Source: Felis catus (Eukaryota). From it: 64,000 nt of DNA. The position numbers and the translations under genes were made by a program. The notes under the pieces were generated by a model. It saw only the letters and a list, made by a program, of their open reading frames with translations, had not been told where the DNA came from and did not search any database. Positions 1 to 15,879 of this stretch are shown here, piece after piece. The stretch covers positions 1,924,001 to 1,988,000 of the forward strand of contig NC_058369.1 in NCBI RefSeq assembly GCF_018350175.1. Direction: 5' to 3'. Within the stretch, counting starts at the first letter, position 1. Each line of letters opens with the position of its first letter.

Positions 1-716
1 ATTGGTTTATCCTCTACTAATAACATATTGGCCATATTACTGTGGTTTCAAATTCCTTCATGTATTTGGAAAGCCCCTATCGTGTTCTTAAGAAACTTTT
101 TTCCCCCTTTTTTTGGACATTTGTTCTCTGGAGAACTTTAAACTTTCGAGACGTTGTTTTTGTGAAGTTCTGGAAAATCAGGTCTGAGGATTTAATGGAA
201 CTTTATAAAGACTACTACGGGTTTCTTTTGGGGGAGCTGACATCCTCGTGGCATTGAGTTCTTTCAAAGAACATGTGCCGCTTTTCCATGCATTCTACTT
301 TGATATTATCCAATAGAGTTGAAGGTTTTTGTCCATTAGAATCTTTTTATACCCTTCATTAGAAGTCTTTATTATGCGCTGGCTTAAAATAACCTTTACC
401 GAGATGTAATTTACATACTATACATACCATAAAATTCACCAACTTAAAGTGTACAATTCTGGCCTGTTTATTCATAGTTCTCACCAGAGTCAACTTTAGT
501 TCATTTTCATCATCTCAAAAGAAACCTCAGACCATTTATCTGTCACCTTCCTTCTTACTCCCAGCCATAAATAACCACTAAGGTACTTTTTGCTTCTTGA
601 GAATTTCTTATTCTGGACGTTTCATGTGAATGGAATAACATACTTTGTAGTTCTTTCTTTCACAAGTTCAAATCTATGGTTGAGTGTCTCCGATGACTTT
701 TTTCAGTTATTGTGCC

Positions 717-1034
<318 letters not shown>

Positions 1035-1620
1035 AGTTGTAATTTAAATCCTGTGTAGTTAACATATATAGTAACATATAGCTGCAGACTTTAGTGATTC
1101 GTCCCTTACATATAACACCCAGTGCTCACCACAGCTACCCTCCTTAATGCCCATCACCCATTTAGACCACCACCGTGCACTTCCATCCACCAACCCTCGG
1201 TTTCTTCTCTGTAGTTAAGAGTCTCTTATGGTTTGCTTCCCTCTCTCTTTTTTTCCCCTTTCTTCCCCTGTGTTCATCTGTTTTGTTTTCCACATATGAG
1301 TGAAATCATATGGTATTTGTCTCTCTGACTGACTTATTTTGCTTAGCATAATACACTCTAGCTCCATCCAGGTCATTGCAAATGGCAAGATTTCATTCTT
1401 TTTGATGGCTGAGTAATATTCCATTGAACGTATATACCACATCTTCTTTATCCGTTCATCAGTTGATTGACATGTGGGCTGTTTGCATAGTTTGGCTGTT
1501 GTTGATAATGCTACTATAAACTTTGGGGTACATGTGCCCCTTTGAATCAGTACTTTTGTATCCTCTGGGTAAAAATCTAGTGGTGCAATTGCTGGGTCAT
1601 AGGGTAGTTCTATTAAAAAT

Positions 1621-1817
1621 TGTTTTTAATGTTTTATTGATTTTTGAGAGACAGAGAGCGTGAGTGGGGAGGAACAGAGAGAGAGGAGGGCAGAAGATCC
1701 GAAGTGGGTTATGTGCTGAGAGCAGCAAGCCTGATGCGGGGCTCAAACTCATGAACTGTGAGATCATGACCTGAGCCTAAGTTGGACACTCAATCAACTG
1801 AGCCACCCAGGTATCCC
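1621..1817 (-). mobile_element. CAN-SINE
   Basis: tRNA-derived head, CT tract and A tail on the minus strand. Confidence 0.9.
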
Positions 1818-1840
1818 AGTTAGTTCTATTTTTAACTTAA

Positions 1841-2058
1841 AAAAATTTTTTTAATGTTTTATTTATTTTTGACAGAGAGAGAGAGACAGAGCATGAGCGG
1901 GGGAGGGTCAGAGAGAGAGGGAGACACAGAATCCGAAGCAGGCTCCAGGCTCTGAGCCATCAGCACAGAGCCCGATGCGGGGCTCGAACTCACAGACCGC
2001 GAGATCGTGACCTGAGCCAAAGTTGGACGCTCAACCGACTGAGCCACCCAGTCGCCCC
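1841..2058 (-). mobile_element. CAN-SINE (felid type)
   Basis: Full-length minus-strand copy nested in L1. Confidence 0.92.
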
Positions 2059-2693
2059 TAACTTTTTGAGGAACCTCCATACTATTACCAGAGTGCCTGC
2101 ACCAGTTTGCATTCCCACCAACAGTGTGAGAAGGTTCCCCTTTTTCCACGTCCTTGCCAACATCTGTTGTTTTCTGAGTTGTTAATTTTAGCCATTCTGA
2201 CAGATGTGAGATGGTATCTTGTCATGGTTTTGATTTGTATTTCCCTGGTGATGAGTGATGTTGAGCATCTTTCTATGTGTTAGCCATCTGTATGTCTTCT
2301 TTGGAAAAATGTCTGTTCGTGTCTTTTGCCCATTTCTTAACTGGATTATTTATTTTTTGGGTGTTGAATTTGATAAGTTCTTTATAGATTTTGGATACTA
2401 ACCCTTTATGAGATCTTTATCTGATACTAACCCTTTATCATTTGCAAATATCTTCTGTTCTGTAGGCTGCCTTTTAGTTTCGTTGATTTAACATAGTACT
2501 GAAAGTACAATCAGACAACCAAAAGAAATAAAAGGCACCTAAATCAGCAAGGAAGAAGTCAAACTTTCACTGTTTGCAGATGACATGATACTCTGTACAA
2601 AACCTAAAAGACTCCACCAAAAATTTGCTAGAACTGATACGTGAATTGAGCAAAGTTGCACGATATGAAATCGATAGAAATCTGTTGCATTTC

Positions 2694-2914
2694 CTTTTTT
2701 TTTTTAATTTTTTAACGTTTATTTATTTTTGAGACAGAGAGACAGAGCATGAACGGGGGAGGGTCAGAGAGAGGGGGAGACACAGAATCTGAAACAGGCT
2801 CCAGGCTCCGAGCCGTCAGCACAGAGCCCGACGCGGGGCTCGAACTCACGGACCGCGAGATCATGACCTGAGCCAAAGTCGGCCACTTAACTGACTGAGC
2901 CACCCAGGCGCCCC
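2694..2914 (-). mobile_element. CAN-SINE (felid type); a partial second copy follows to ~3020
   Basis: Full-length copy, TSD TGCATTT. Confidence 0.92.
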
Positions 2915-3704
2915 TGCATTTCCTTTTTAATTATTATTTTTTATTTTTAGAGACAGCATGAGCAGCGGGGAGGGGCAGAGGGCAAAAGAGAGAATATTGA
3001 GCAGGCTCCACGCTCAGCACAAAAGACCCCAAACAGCCAAAGCAATCCTGAAAAGGAAAAGCAAAACTGTAGGCATCACAATTCCAGACTTCAAGCTATG
3101 TTACAAAGCTGTAGTCATCAAGACAGTATGATGCTGGCACAAGAACAGATACAAAGATCAATGGAAGAGAATAGGAAACCCAGAAATGGACCCACAACCA
3201 TATGAAGACCAGTTAAGCTTCAACAAAACAGGAAAGAATATCCAATGGAAAAAAGTCACTTCAACAAATGGTGTTGGGAAAACTGGACAGCCACATGCAG
3301 AAGAATGAAACTGGACCACTTTCTTTACACCATACACAAAAATAAATTCAAAATGGATGAAAAACTTACATTTGAGACAAAACCATCAAAATCATAAAGG
3401 AAAACATAGGCAGCAACCTGTTTGACCTCAGCCATAGCAATTTCTTACTGGACATGTCTCCAGAGGCAAGGGATACAAAAGTTATTGTGCTTTTCAACCC
3501 CAGAATTTTCATTTGGTTCATTTAGAATAATTTCGATCTCTTTTTGACATTATTTGGTGCATCATTGTTATCATATATTCCTTTACATCTTTAATCATTG
3601 TTTCCTTTAGTTCTTTGAACATATTTATAAGTTACTTTGAACCCTTCTATAAACCAACATCTGTTTGCTATTTCTGTTTCCTGCTTATTTTTTCTTTTTT
3701 AAAA

Positions 3705-3916
3705 CAATTTTTAAAAAATATTTTTATTTATTTTTGAGAGAGACAGAGCACCAGCAGGGAAGGGGCAGAGAAAGAGGGAGACACAGAGTCCAAAGCAGGC
3801 ACCAGGCTCTGAGCTGTCAGCGCAGGGCCTGATGCGGGGCTTGAACTTGGGAACCGTGAGATCATGATCTGAGCTGGAGTCGGGCGCTTAACCAACTGAG
3901 CCACCTAGGTGCCCCC
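3705..3916 (-). mobile_element. CAN-SINE
   Basis: Full-length copy, flanking repeat CCTGCTTATTTTT. Confidence 0.9.
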
Positions 3917-4696
3917 CGACCCCTGCTTATTTTTCTGCTGTAAGGGTCACAGTGTCCTTTTTCTTTGCATGCCTTGTAATTTTTTGTTGGAAACTGGACA
4001 CTATAGATAATATATTGTAGCAACTTTGGGTACTGGCCCCTGTCTTCTGGGCTTCCTGTTGTTTATTTGTGTTTGCTTGGTGACTGGCTGGATTATTTTA
4101 GTCAAGTCTATTTCACTCTCCTCCCAACCCCTTCAGTAGTAGGCCTCTGATGTTTCTCCTCAGTCACCCTGGGATGGCAGTAGTGTTGGCAGGGTTTTCT
4201 TCATTTCTTTCTCGACCAACCGCTGTTAGCTGTTAATCTCCACTAGTTGTAGGCTGACTGTTTTATTGTTTTGAACATGCCATGGTGCGTACATTGCTCT
4301 ATCGACTAATCCAGTCAAATTTGGACTCCTTTGAAGGAATGGCTGCACAGGTTAGTGTTTGTTGATCGTTCAGACCCCTGAGGGGCTCCTCCCAGCGTCC
4401 TCTTTCCCTATTTGTCCCCTGAAAACAAGGGGGCCACAGTTTTGCCCGTATCTTGAATCTCTTCCCAGTTGCCTTTCACTACAACTTCCACTGTTTTTGA
4501 GAGCAACCTTAGGCTTGGGAATCTCCATGTTCTGTTGTAAATGAAGTCAGTTCTTTGGGGGGAAAGACTAGGAGCTATCTGTTTTACAGCCTGCGTTTCC
4601 TCCTCGTCAAGAATCTCTGAGCCAGAGGGCTGCGTTGAAGTGGAGACAATGGCACACCTCCACCTGAGTGACAAGTCCACTTTAGGAGCTGAGCAT

Positions 4697-4900
4697 TGGG
4701 GCGCCTGGGTGGCTCAGTCAGTTAGGCGTCAGACTTCGGCTCAGGTCATGATCTCGCGGTCTGTGAGTTCAAGCCCCGCGTCAGGCTCTGTGCTGATGGC
4801 TCAGAGCCTGGAGCCTGCTTCGGATTCTGTGTCCCCTCCTCTCTCTGCGCCTCCCCCGCTCATGCTCTGTCTCTCAAAAATAAATACGTGTTAAGAAAAA
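4697..4900 (+). mobile_element. CAN-SINE
   Basis: GGGGCGCCTGGGTGGCTCAGTC head; TSD GAGCTGAGCATT. Confidence 0.92.
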
Positions 4901-5721
4901 GAGCTGAGCATTAAGTGGAGGAAGAGCATTTGCTTGATGTCTTCCCAGCTTGCCTCTCCTGAGTGCGGAACCTCCGCCTTAGGCAAAACAAGAACTATCA
5001 GGTCCCCGTATTCTCAGCATCCCCTGCACCCACTGTAGAGCCCCCATTCTACCAGCAGGGGCTGGCGGAAGTAGAGAGGCCCTCCTGTCGACTGCACGCT
5101 TGGAGCTTAAACTCAGCAGCAGCTAACTGGGGCAGGATGAGAAATGCTGACGGCCTCCTTTTCTGGCTGGGAGCTGTGTGGACAGGGGTCCTGTGTTCTT
5201 GGCTGCAGTCAGAAAAGGAAGTCTAGGGAGAGAGGGAGTGGTCTTGGTTCAAATACCAAACTGTTAATTTCTGGTACTGAATTCGCATAGTTTCTTGAAT
5301 ACCCGCTTCTTCAGCTGTATGTCCTTAGTAAGGATTGTTTCCAGAGGCTTGAAATGATGGCTTTCGTGTTCACTTTTTGACATGAATTTTCCAACTTAAT
5401 GTTGTTATGAAATGGAAAGGTGCTGAGTTTTATTTTCGTCCTGTGTATCTATTCTAGAATCGTGCTAAAAATCTTATTTTGTGGTTCTTCTTGTTCTGTC
5501 GGGGTCCTGTGCAGAGGCTTCTTAGTGCCAAGGATAACAGTGATCTTTTTTATTCTTTTGTAATTCTGCACACTTGTTTATTTTCTTGTGGCACTGGATT
5601 GGCTTTTTCATGTAATGTTGACCAGGAGGGAGGCAAGAGGAACTTAGTTTTGTACATTTTTTTTGGTAGAAAAACTTCACACCATTTATACATTCCTTCT
5701 TTAAAAGTTTATTTATTTTGA

Positions 5722-5947
5722 GGGGCGCCTGGGTGGCGCAGTCGGTTGAGCGTCCGACTTCAGCTCAGGTCACGATCTCGCCGTCTGTGAGTTCGAGCCC
5801 CGCATCGGGCTCTGGGCTGATGGCTCAGAGCCTGGAGCCTGCTTCCGATTCTGTGTCTCCCTCTCTCTCTGCCCCTCCCCTGTTCATGCTCTGTCTCTCT
5901 CTGTCCGAAAAATAAATAAACGTTGAAAAAAAAATTAAAAAAAAAAA
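5722..5947 (+). mobile_element. Young CAN-SINE inserted in the tail of an older minus-strand SINE
   Basis: TSD AAAAGTTT(A/G)TTTATTTTGAG. Confidence 0.92.
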
Positions 5948-6157
5948 GTTTGTTTATTTTGAGAGAGAGCATGTGCATGCACACGCATGCAAGCAGGAGA
6001 GGGGCAGAGAGCCGGAGAGAGGGAATCCCAAGCAGGCTCCTCACTGCCAGTGCAGAGAGCCCAACACTCCGAGGGCTCAGACTCACAAACTGTGAGGCCA
6101 TGACCTGAGCTGAGATCAAGACTCAGATGCTTAACCGACTGAGCCACCCAGGGGCCC
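5948..6157 (-). mobile_element. CAN-SINE (older)
   Basis: Minus-strand head ending CCACCCAGGGGCCCC. Confidence 0.88.
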
Positions 6158-6309
6158 CTATATATTCCTTTTCGAATAATCTTCCCACCCCCCACCACTA
6201 TGCTCTTTATTGGGCTATGCGTCTTACCATTGGTTCCTCTGCAGTATGAGTTTTTTTTTTTTCATGTGTTTCTGTTGAACAGTATAAAATCGTTTTCTAT
6301 AATTCTTTT

Positions 6310-6523
6310 AAAAATTTTTTTTAACGTTTATTTATTTTTGAGACAGAGAGAGACAGAGCATGAATGGGGGAGGGTCAGAGAGGGGGAGACACAGAATCCG
6401 AAACAGGCTTCAGGCTCGGAGCTGTCAGCACAGAGCCCGATGCGGGGCTCGAACTCACAGACCGCGAGATCATGACCTGAGCTGAAGTCGGCCGCCCAAC
6501 CGACTGAGCCACCCAGGCGCCCC
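6310..6523 (-). mobile_element. CAN-SINE
   Basis: TSD TTTTCTATAATTCTT. Confidence 0.92.
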
Positions 6524-7234
6524 CATTTTCTATAATTCTTAAGATGATGTCAGGTAAGTTGTGTTAATTGATTACCATGTTTCATTGCAAAGTATAACAT
6601 ACATGCAGAAACGTACATAAGACATATTGGACAGTCTATAGAAATAATAAAAAATAAACACCTGTGAAGTAAAATCCAGCCCTAGAGCTAAAACAGTGCT
6701 TGACATCAGACACCCCACTGGAAATGATTCCCAGTGACCCTCCTCACTCTCTAGATGTAACCAATATCTTGACTGGTGTGAAGGCAGTGTCCGTTCTTCT
6801 AGCACCTGTGTATGCAGCATTAAATAAAGATACTCTAATTTTGCATGTCCCACGTTGCATGTAAATGGAATCGCAGTGTAGATTTTAGGTAAGATTTTAG
6901 GTAAGATTCCTTTTGTTTAAAGTTATTTTACGGTCTTCTGTGTGGTAATAATAGTTAATTAACCTTTAATTGCTCTCTTGTATTCACTTGCAAGGATATA
7001 CCACCATTATTTATTAACTCTGTTACTAGTGGCTACTTGGGTGTTTTCAAATTTTTGCCATTCTGACCGGTGCTCCTGAAGACATTATTAATGCATGTGT
7101 CCACTCGGATGTCTTATTGTTATTCCCATGTTGGTATTGCCTGTTAGGAACTTCTCATCCTCTCCCCAAGACCTTAGTCTACATATGGCCTTCTACATCT
7201 CAGTTCATGGAAACTCCATCTTTCCAGGGTTTTG

Positions 7235-7446
7235 GGTTTTTTTTTTTTTTTGAGATTTTTTACATGTTTTATTTGTATTCTTGAGAGAGCACAAGTGGGG
7301 GAGGGGCAGAGGGGGGGGGACAGAAGATCTGAAGCAGGCTCCATGTGGAAGAAGGGAGCCCAATGTGGGCTTGAACTTAGGAACCATGAGATCATGACCT
7401 GAGCTGAAGGGAGACGCTTAACTGACTGAGCCACCCAGCCGCCCCC
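7235..7446 (-). mobile_element. CAN-SINE
   Basis: Full-length minus-strand copy. Confidence 0.88.
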
Positions 7447-7854
7447 ATTATTTCAGTTTTTATTGTGAGACATAATCAGCGTCATCAACTCCTCTCATTC
7501 TGTCTTGCCCCAACTTCAGTCCATCAGGAATCTGTAGCCCTTCCCAATATTTCCCCTGTACATTCCACTGTGACCACCCCGGCCGACCCACCTTCCTCTC
7601 ACCCGGTTATGGCTTTATTTTCTTAACAGGTGTTCTGGTCTCTACATCCATTCCCCATAGTCTAGTCTCAACACAAGTGATGGATCATTAAAGCTAGAGA
7701 GGAGACCACTCCTCTGTGCAAAAGCCTGAAGTAGCTCCACAGTTCTCACAGAATCGAATCTGACTAGTTCCCCACAAGATGATGGGCCCAACCTCCCAGC
7801 ACTCCCCACCATTCTTGACTTACTTCCCATCTCACTTTGCTCCAGTCTCTGGCT

Positions 7855-8030
7855 ATGTGTCTTCGTCCCATTCGGGCTGCTATAACAAAACACCAAAGAG
7901 TGGCTTAGAAATGATAGAAATGTATTTCTCGCATTGGAGAAATGGGAAGCCTCACGTATGGAGGCTGGGAAGTCCAAGATGAAGGCACCAGCAATCTTGG
8001 GTGGAAAGAGCTATTTTGGCATCTTAGAAC
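7855..8030 (-). mobile_element. MaLR (MLT1-like) LTR fragment
   Basis: GGGCTGCTATAACAAAA...GGAGGCTGGGAAGTCCAAGAT motifs typical of MLT1. Confidence 0.65.
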
Positions 8031-8851
8031 CTCAGTGTGCACGTGCGTGTGCGTGTACTCAAAATTAATGCATACCGACACCAAGGTTTATGAATGTGGG
8101 TATTATGGAAAGGTCTAAGTTCTCATGCCTTCTTCCCTCCTTCTGAGTTATCTTGTCTTCCTCTTTCCTCCTCTTTCTCAATACCTCTTCTGTCTCAAGG
8201 GCACACAAAGGAAGAAAGAGTAGCAACTGATTCTGTGATAAATGATATACATAAATAATACACATATAAGTTAATATTAGCATTTCTCCAGGAAAAATGC
8301 CTTCCTGCTCCCAGTTGGACATATCTACTTTGAATTGCCTAGAGTACATCCAGACACAGGATCGGCTGGCCCACGTGGCAAGTTGGGTTTCCACCTTGGG
8401 CCTCTCGTTGGTGAGGGGAAATGAAGGAAAAACTTCAGTGCGTTTTTGTTTATTAGAGTCCCGTTTCAATTTGAACTTGGGACCTATGCAGTGCTGACCA
8501 ATGCGGTGGGCAATAAGGAGACAGATGAAATAGTTTTTGTCACGAGGAATTGGTGGTCATAAAATGGAAATATTTGTTTCATTTGTATAGCATTTCTCTA
8601 ATTTTTCCAATGTGTTTTGGACTATTCTAGACTCTATGAAAAGGCAGGGATCACACAGGAAGGGTCACAGTAAAAATGGAGAGAGGGACAAGTTCAATGT
8701 ATTAGTGGTGTGTTAAGACCACAATACAGAAAGTGAGTGTGGATGTAGATTAGATGTGGGGAGACCATAGAATCTTGTTGGAACTTCCTGGGAATTTGAG
8801 TCCACTTCCCCTGTATTACCCATTCTCCTACACATCTGTGGTTTGCTTTAG

Positions 8852-11338
<2,487 letters not shown>

Positions 11339-13130
11339 TAAAACCATAAGGATAAAGACTAGAGAGAAACCTCAGACGTGTGAAAAATGTGGGAAAACTT
11401 TCAGTTGTCTCAAAGCGTTTCGTAGTCATGTGAGAACTCACAGTCAAAAGAAAGTTTCTAAATATAAGAAAACCTAATGCATATTAATTCATGTAAAATA
11501 GTTTGGAAAATCCACACCAGAAGAGAAATATTATAAAAGTTACACAGTATTGCTCAGTATCTCATCCTTAATGTGGACCTCTGGCAAGTGAATTTCCATG
11601 TCTCTTTCAACTAAACATTGAGATGAAAATTCTCAAGTATTCTGAGTACATATACACAGTACATGAATTTTGATATATTGTAGGTTTTCTCCCCCTTCAT
11701 GAATTCAGTTAATATTTCTGCATCCATTTTGAAGTGTGATTCACCCACAGGTGGTTGATGTGTTTTAAATATGCATTAGGTTTAATTTTATATAGTTTTT
11801 AAATTGTTCTGTAAGTATGGGGCCTTTAGACTAATGTGACATTGGTATTTGTTTGGATTTTCTTACTGGCCAAGTATGTTCCAAGCTGGGTATCACTTTC
11901 CCATTACATACATATATTCCATTTTACTATCTTCCTGAGAGAACTTACAACTTGACACTTAAAGTTGACACTTCTTAAAAAAAAAAAAGTTGACACTTCT
12001 TTACTTACATCATAAGGTATATGTTCTCAACACTTTTTTTTTTTTGCCAGAGGATCATTATTCCATTATTCCATTTTGCTGGCTTGCAAATTTGTGAATA
12101 TGTAATTGGCTAGAAATTTGTAGGTATGCAGAGATCTTGCAAGAGTATAGTTTCGTATGAATTGTTATTTCCATCTGTTGCTGTATGCTCTTTGTCCTAG
12201 CTTCTGGTTAGGAAGTGGACAATACATTTGAATGAAGAAGACAGTGAAATCTAGAGGTGGATATGGTTCTCTTGGAACGTGTCCTCGCAACATAGGAAGG
12301 GCTAGGAACTACCACTTCCCAGGATGCTTTCTCTATATGGTTCCATGATAGAATTCTGTAATAGCCCAGCTTTCATGAGATTTGAAAGAAGCGCCTTTCA
12401 GTTTATTGAGCCACCACTCTAGAGGGAGATAGACAGACGCGTAGGGACTCCGTGGGTACCATCTCCAGCTTATTTTCCTGATTGCCGGCCTTGCCAATCA
12501 AAAGCACCTTCAAAACAAATGCCAACTGCGTGACTTCTACTTTGTCAGAGGTGTAGGCTTTTACAGACACCCGACCAGCTTTTCCAGCACGGATGCACAT
12601 CCACGGTCAGATGTCCACAGCTTGCATTTTCCTGAAAGCCCTAGACTGTCCACCAGGCCACTGATTAGGATGTCATGGCCGTTGATCTCATCTAATGCTC
12701 TGACCCCTTTTCCCTAGATCTTAACATATTCATACAAAGTCTGATTTGTATAGTGAACATCTCAGTCTCATAATACTTCTCATGCTTCTGTGTGTCTGCA
12801 GTGGTGCATCCATAAGAACATATGGGACTGTGTTTCCCTACAGCATCATTGAGCAGCTGTCCTGACCCAGTATTTCTGTAAAATAAATCAGCATTACTGA
12901 CATATTGGGTAGATGGTGTGGGTTTTCTGTTATTCAGCACTAAATCCAATCCCTCAGGATATGTTCCATTATTAAGATCGATGATGTGTGATTAGACACA
13001 ATGTGAATTTTTTTTTTGGTTGAACAAATTCAGTGTTTATGAGAAATATTCAATTAACTGTTTCCATATGAGTTGTGCATTATATAAATGTATAAAATGA
13101 GAAATATTCTGTTGTTTTAAAATGTATACT

Positions 13131-13136
13131 AATAAA
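13131..13136 (+). terminator. Candidate polyadenylation signal of ZNF556
   Basis: AATAAA about 1.9 kb past the stop, followed by ATTAAA (13161) and T/GT-rich sequence; another AATAAA at ~12882 is an alternative. Confidence 0.35.
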
Positions 13137-13842
13137 TGTCAATGTCTTTACTTAAAAGATATTAAACATTGCATCTATGAGTTGTCGAAACTTTGTAACT
13201 TTGTGAATTTAAGAATTGTAAATTTTGAGTCAATATTACCAGGTGCATACAAATGTAGGCAGTTTTCATCCTAACAAATCTTACTTTGTATATTGTTACA
13301 ATGTTATCAATATAACTTCTTATTCACAATAGTAAAAACTTAAATAATGGTTTTACCAATTTAATTAAGTAATAAGTAAGTCTAGCAAATGATATAAAAA
13401 GATTCTCATGAGAAAATATCTTAAACTTTATTGGATAATATAAAAGCAAAGTGAAGTAAAATATAAACCGTGACGAGATAATAGGCACACAGATTGAAGA
13501 AGAGAGGCCTCAGTGAATGAAGGCACCATTGATTCATGTATACTTACACCACTTAGTATGCCTTAGATACTTTCTGGAACTGCTCAGAAGTGTTGGTAAA
13601 AAGTGGGTGATGATACAGAAACAATCCTCCACTCGTGGAGTTGACACTAACCATTTCCCATAAAATTACAGATATAGTTCACCCTCATTTTCACAATGGT
13701 TAAAAATTTCAGGGTGTGTTATATATGTTGATGAGACTGGGCACTGGTATTTGGGACCAGACAGTTCATATTGATTTGAAGCATGCTGTATGGGTGTTTG
13801 TATTTAACATCCTCATGAAAGAATTTGAAATTGCCTCATATA

Positions 13843-13984
13843 ACTCTTAGAACAATCTGAGGGTTGATGGGGGGGTGGGAATGAGGGGAGGGTGGGTGAT
13901 GGGTATTGAGGAGGACACCTGTTGGGATGAGCACTGGGTGTTATATGGAAACCAATTTGACAATAAATTTCATATTAAAAAAAA
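13843..13984 (+). mobile_element. 5'-truncated young felid L1 3' end
   Basis: GGGATGAGCACTGGGTGTT...GACAATAAATTTCATATT plus poly(A); 16-bp TSD GAAATTGC(C/T)TCATATA at 13827-13842 and 13985-14000. Confidence 0.9.
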
Positions 13985-15325
13985 GAAATTGCTTCATATA
14001 TTTGTTACTATCATTTTGGGACTCCGGCATGTGGACTGAGATTTGTTCTGAAGAAAATCAGAATTTCTCATAGTTTAAGGAAGCTTCACATTATCCTCAT
14101 ACTTCTAACCCCTCAAGTCTTCTGTGAGCGGAGCAATAGCTATGCAAGCCCACTCTGATTCCCTAATAGAAGCAAGAAGAGGTAGCGATGGCAAAAGGGA
14201 AAGCTATCCAGGAATCAGTGAAGTGAGCTGCAGACTGGGGGTATCATATGAGCGATATCCCAATTTATTAGACATCCTCAAACAAGGAAAATTTTAATGA
14301 CCACTTACAGGAGGAGAATGTGTAAGCTTTTGTTTTAATAATCCACGAAAGTCCCAAATGCCCACTTTGCTTTTTACGGGTATTGTTTCCACATGCTTAG
14401 ACTTCCAACACATATTAGGAAAGAAAAATATAACAGTACTGTGCTTAATTAAAAGGCAAATGAAATCCAGTCTTTGTCCGTTTCTCCATGCTAACGCTTG
14501 TTTTCATAGCACAGCAGAGATTAGTGTCATTTCATAATCCTTATTACCACATTCAATGACTTCTCCCAGCATCCTTCCAATTGTACAAGTGACACAAGTT
14601 AAGCAATGGAAGCAGGGTCCTGCTCAAGCTTACGCACCTGAAAAAGGATAATGGAATCTCTCTATTTTGAAGGCCTAATGTGTGCCACGAGGTGTACTGG
14701 GTACTGTTGAAAATTTGAAATCTCAGAACTCTGGAGGACAAGTACAATTAGTAAAATTTCAAAATGTAACATTACATTTTAAACACAGTATTCAAAAGCC
14801 TACATCTATATGCCATTCTGGAAAAAATAAGGTACAGGGAACTAGAACAGATGAGAGGGTTAAGAATGGGGGGAAGTTTGTCAACAAATGAGCACTAGGA
14901 CGTTGTTTTCTCGGAGGAGAGAGATGGAGTGTTTTGTATTTTAACTACGGTGGTACAAAGTGTGAATTTATGAAAACCCATAGAACTACACTTACAATGG
15001 CCAATTCTAGTCTTTCAAATAAATTATTAGAAAACAAAGATACGAAACTATCTTATGAACTAAAGGGAAGTTTAAACTCACTCACCCCCTGATTTTTAGA
15101 TGTGTAAGGACAGTGCTTTCCACCTCCTAAAGACTTGCGACCCATCAGGCCTTTCTTGGAACCTCAACTGAAGTTCGAAAACACTCCAGGGTCACACCTG
15201 TCCTCACCTCCATCACCTTACCTGAGGGAAGAGAGGGAAAGCCAGCAATAGGTCTCTAGGTTGACATCAGGTTTCCTGGGCCAGAACTCTGGGAACGCTG
15301 TGGCTTGAAATTTAAAAGGAATTCC

Positions 15326-15562
15326 AGGGGCGCCTGGGTGGCGCAGTCGGTTGAGCGTCCGACTTCAGCCAGGTCACGATCTCGCGGTCTGTGAGTTCGA
15401 GCCCCGCGTCGGGCTCTGGGCTGATGGCTCGGAGCCTGGAGCCTGTTTCCGATTCTGTGTCTCCCTCTCTCTCTGCCCTTCCCCCATTCATGCTCTGTCT
15501 CTCTCTGTCCCAAAAATAAATAAACGTTGGAAAAAAAAATTAAAAAAAATAATAAAAAAATA
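15326..15562 (+). mobile_element. Young SINEC_Fc-type SINE
   Basis: Diagnostic CAGCCAGGTCACGATC; TSD AAAAGGAATTCCA. Confidence 0.93.
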
Positions 15563-15879
15563 AAAGGAATTCCACCGCGTTCTCAAGGGAATCCTCCGGG
15601 GAGGGGGGAGTCGGCCTGGTGGTGTTTCCTACTCCTTGGGTATATGCATAGGGTCCTGTCCCGAGGCCACCTGCAACTCCGTTCAGACTACCTGACATCT
15701 CAGGGACAAACCCAACTGTGCCCTTCACTGCTGCAAACTCCGCTATTGACGCACACTGGAGGGCGCTCCACTAGTCATTCCTGCGCAGAAATTCCATGTG
15801 GGTGCACGGAGAGTCCAGAGGAAGCACTGTAAACCAGCCACCCACATTCTTCCTCCAGAGCCGCGGCTCCCACATGAAC

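Larger units (their letters stand above)
3490..5360 (-). mobile_element. Old L1M-type LINE remnant, the host of the younger L1; continues at ~660-715 and probably 1-330
   Basis: Degenerate antisense L1 5'/ORF1-like text; sequence is continuous across the younger L1 TSD. Confidence 0.5.

Noticed and set aside
4697..4790. tRNA-like A/B-box sequences (TGGCTCAGTCGG, GTTCGAGCC)
   Set aside because: These are tRNA-derived SINE heads followed by a CT tract, poly(A) and TSDs; no genuine tRNA gene was seen.
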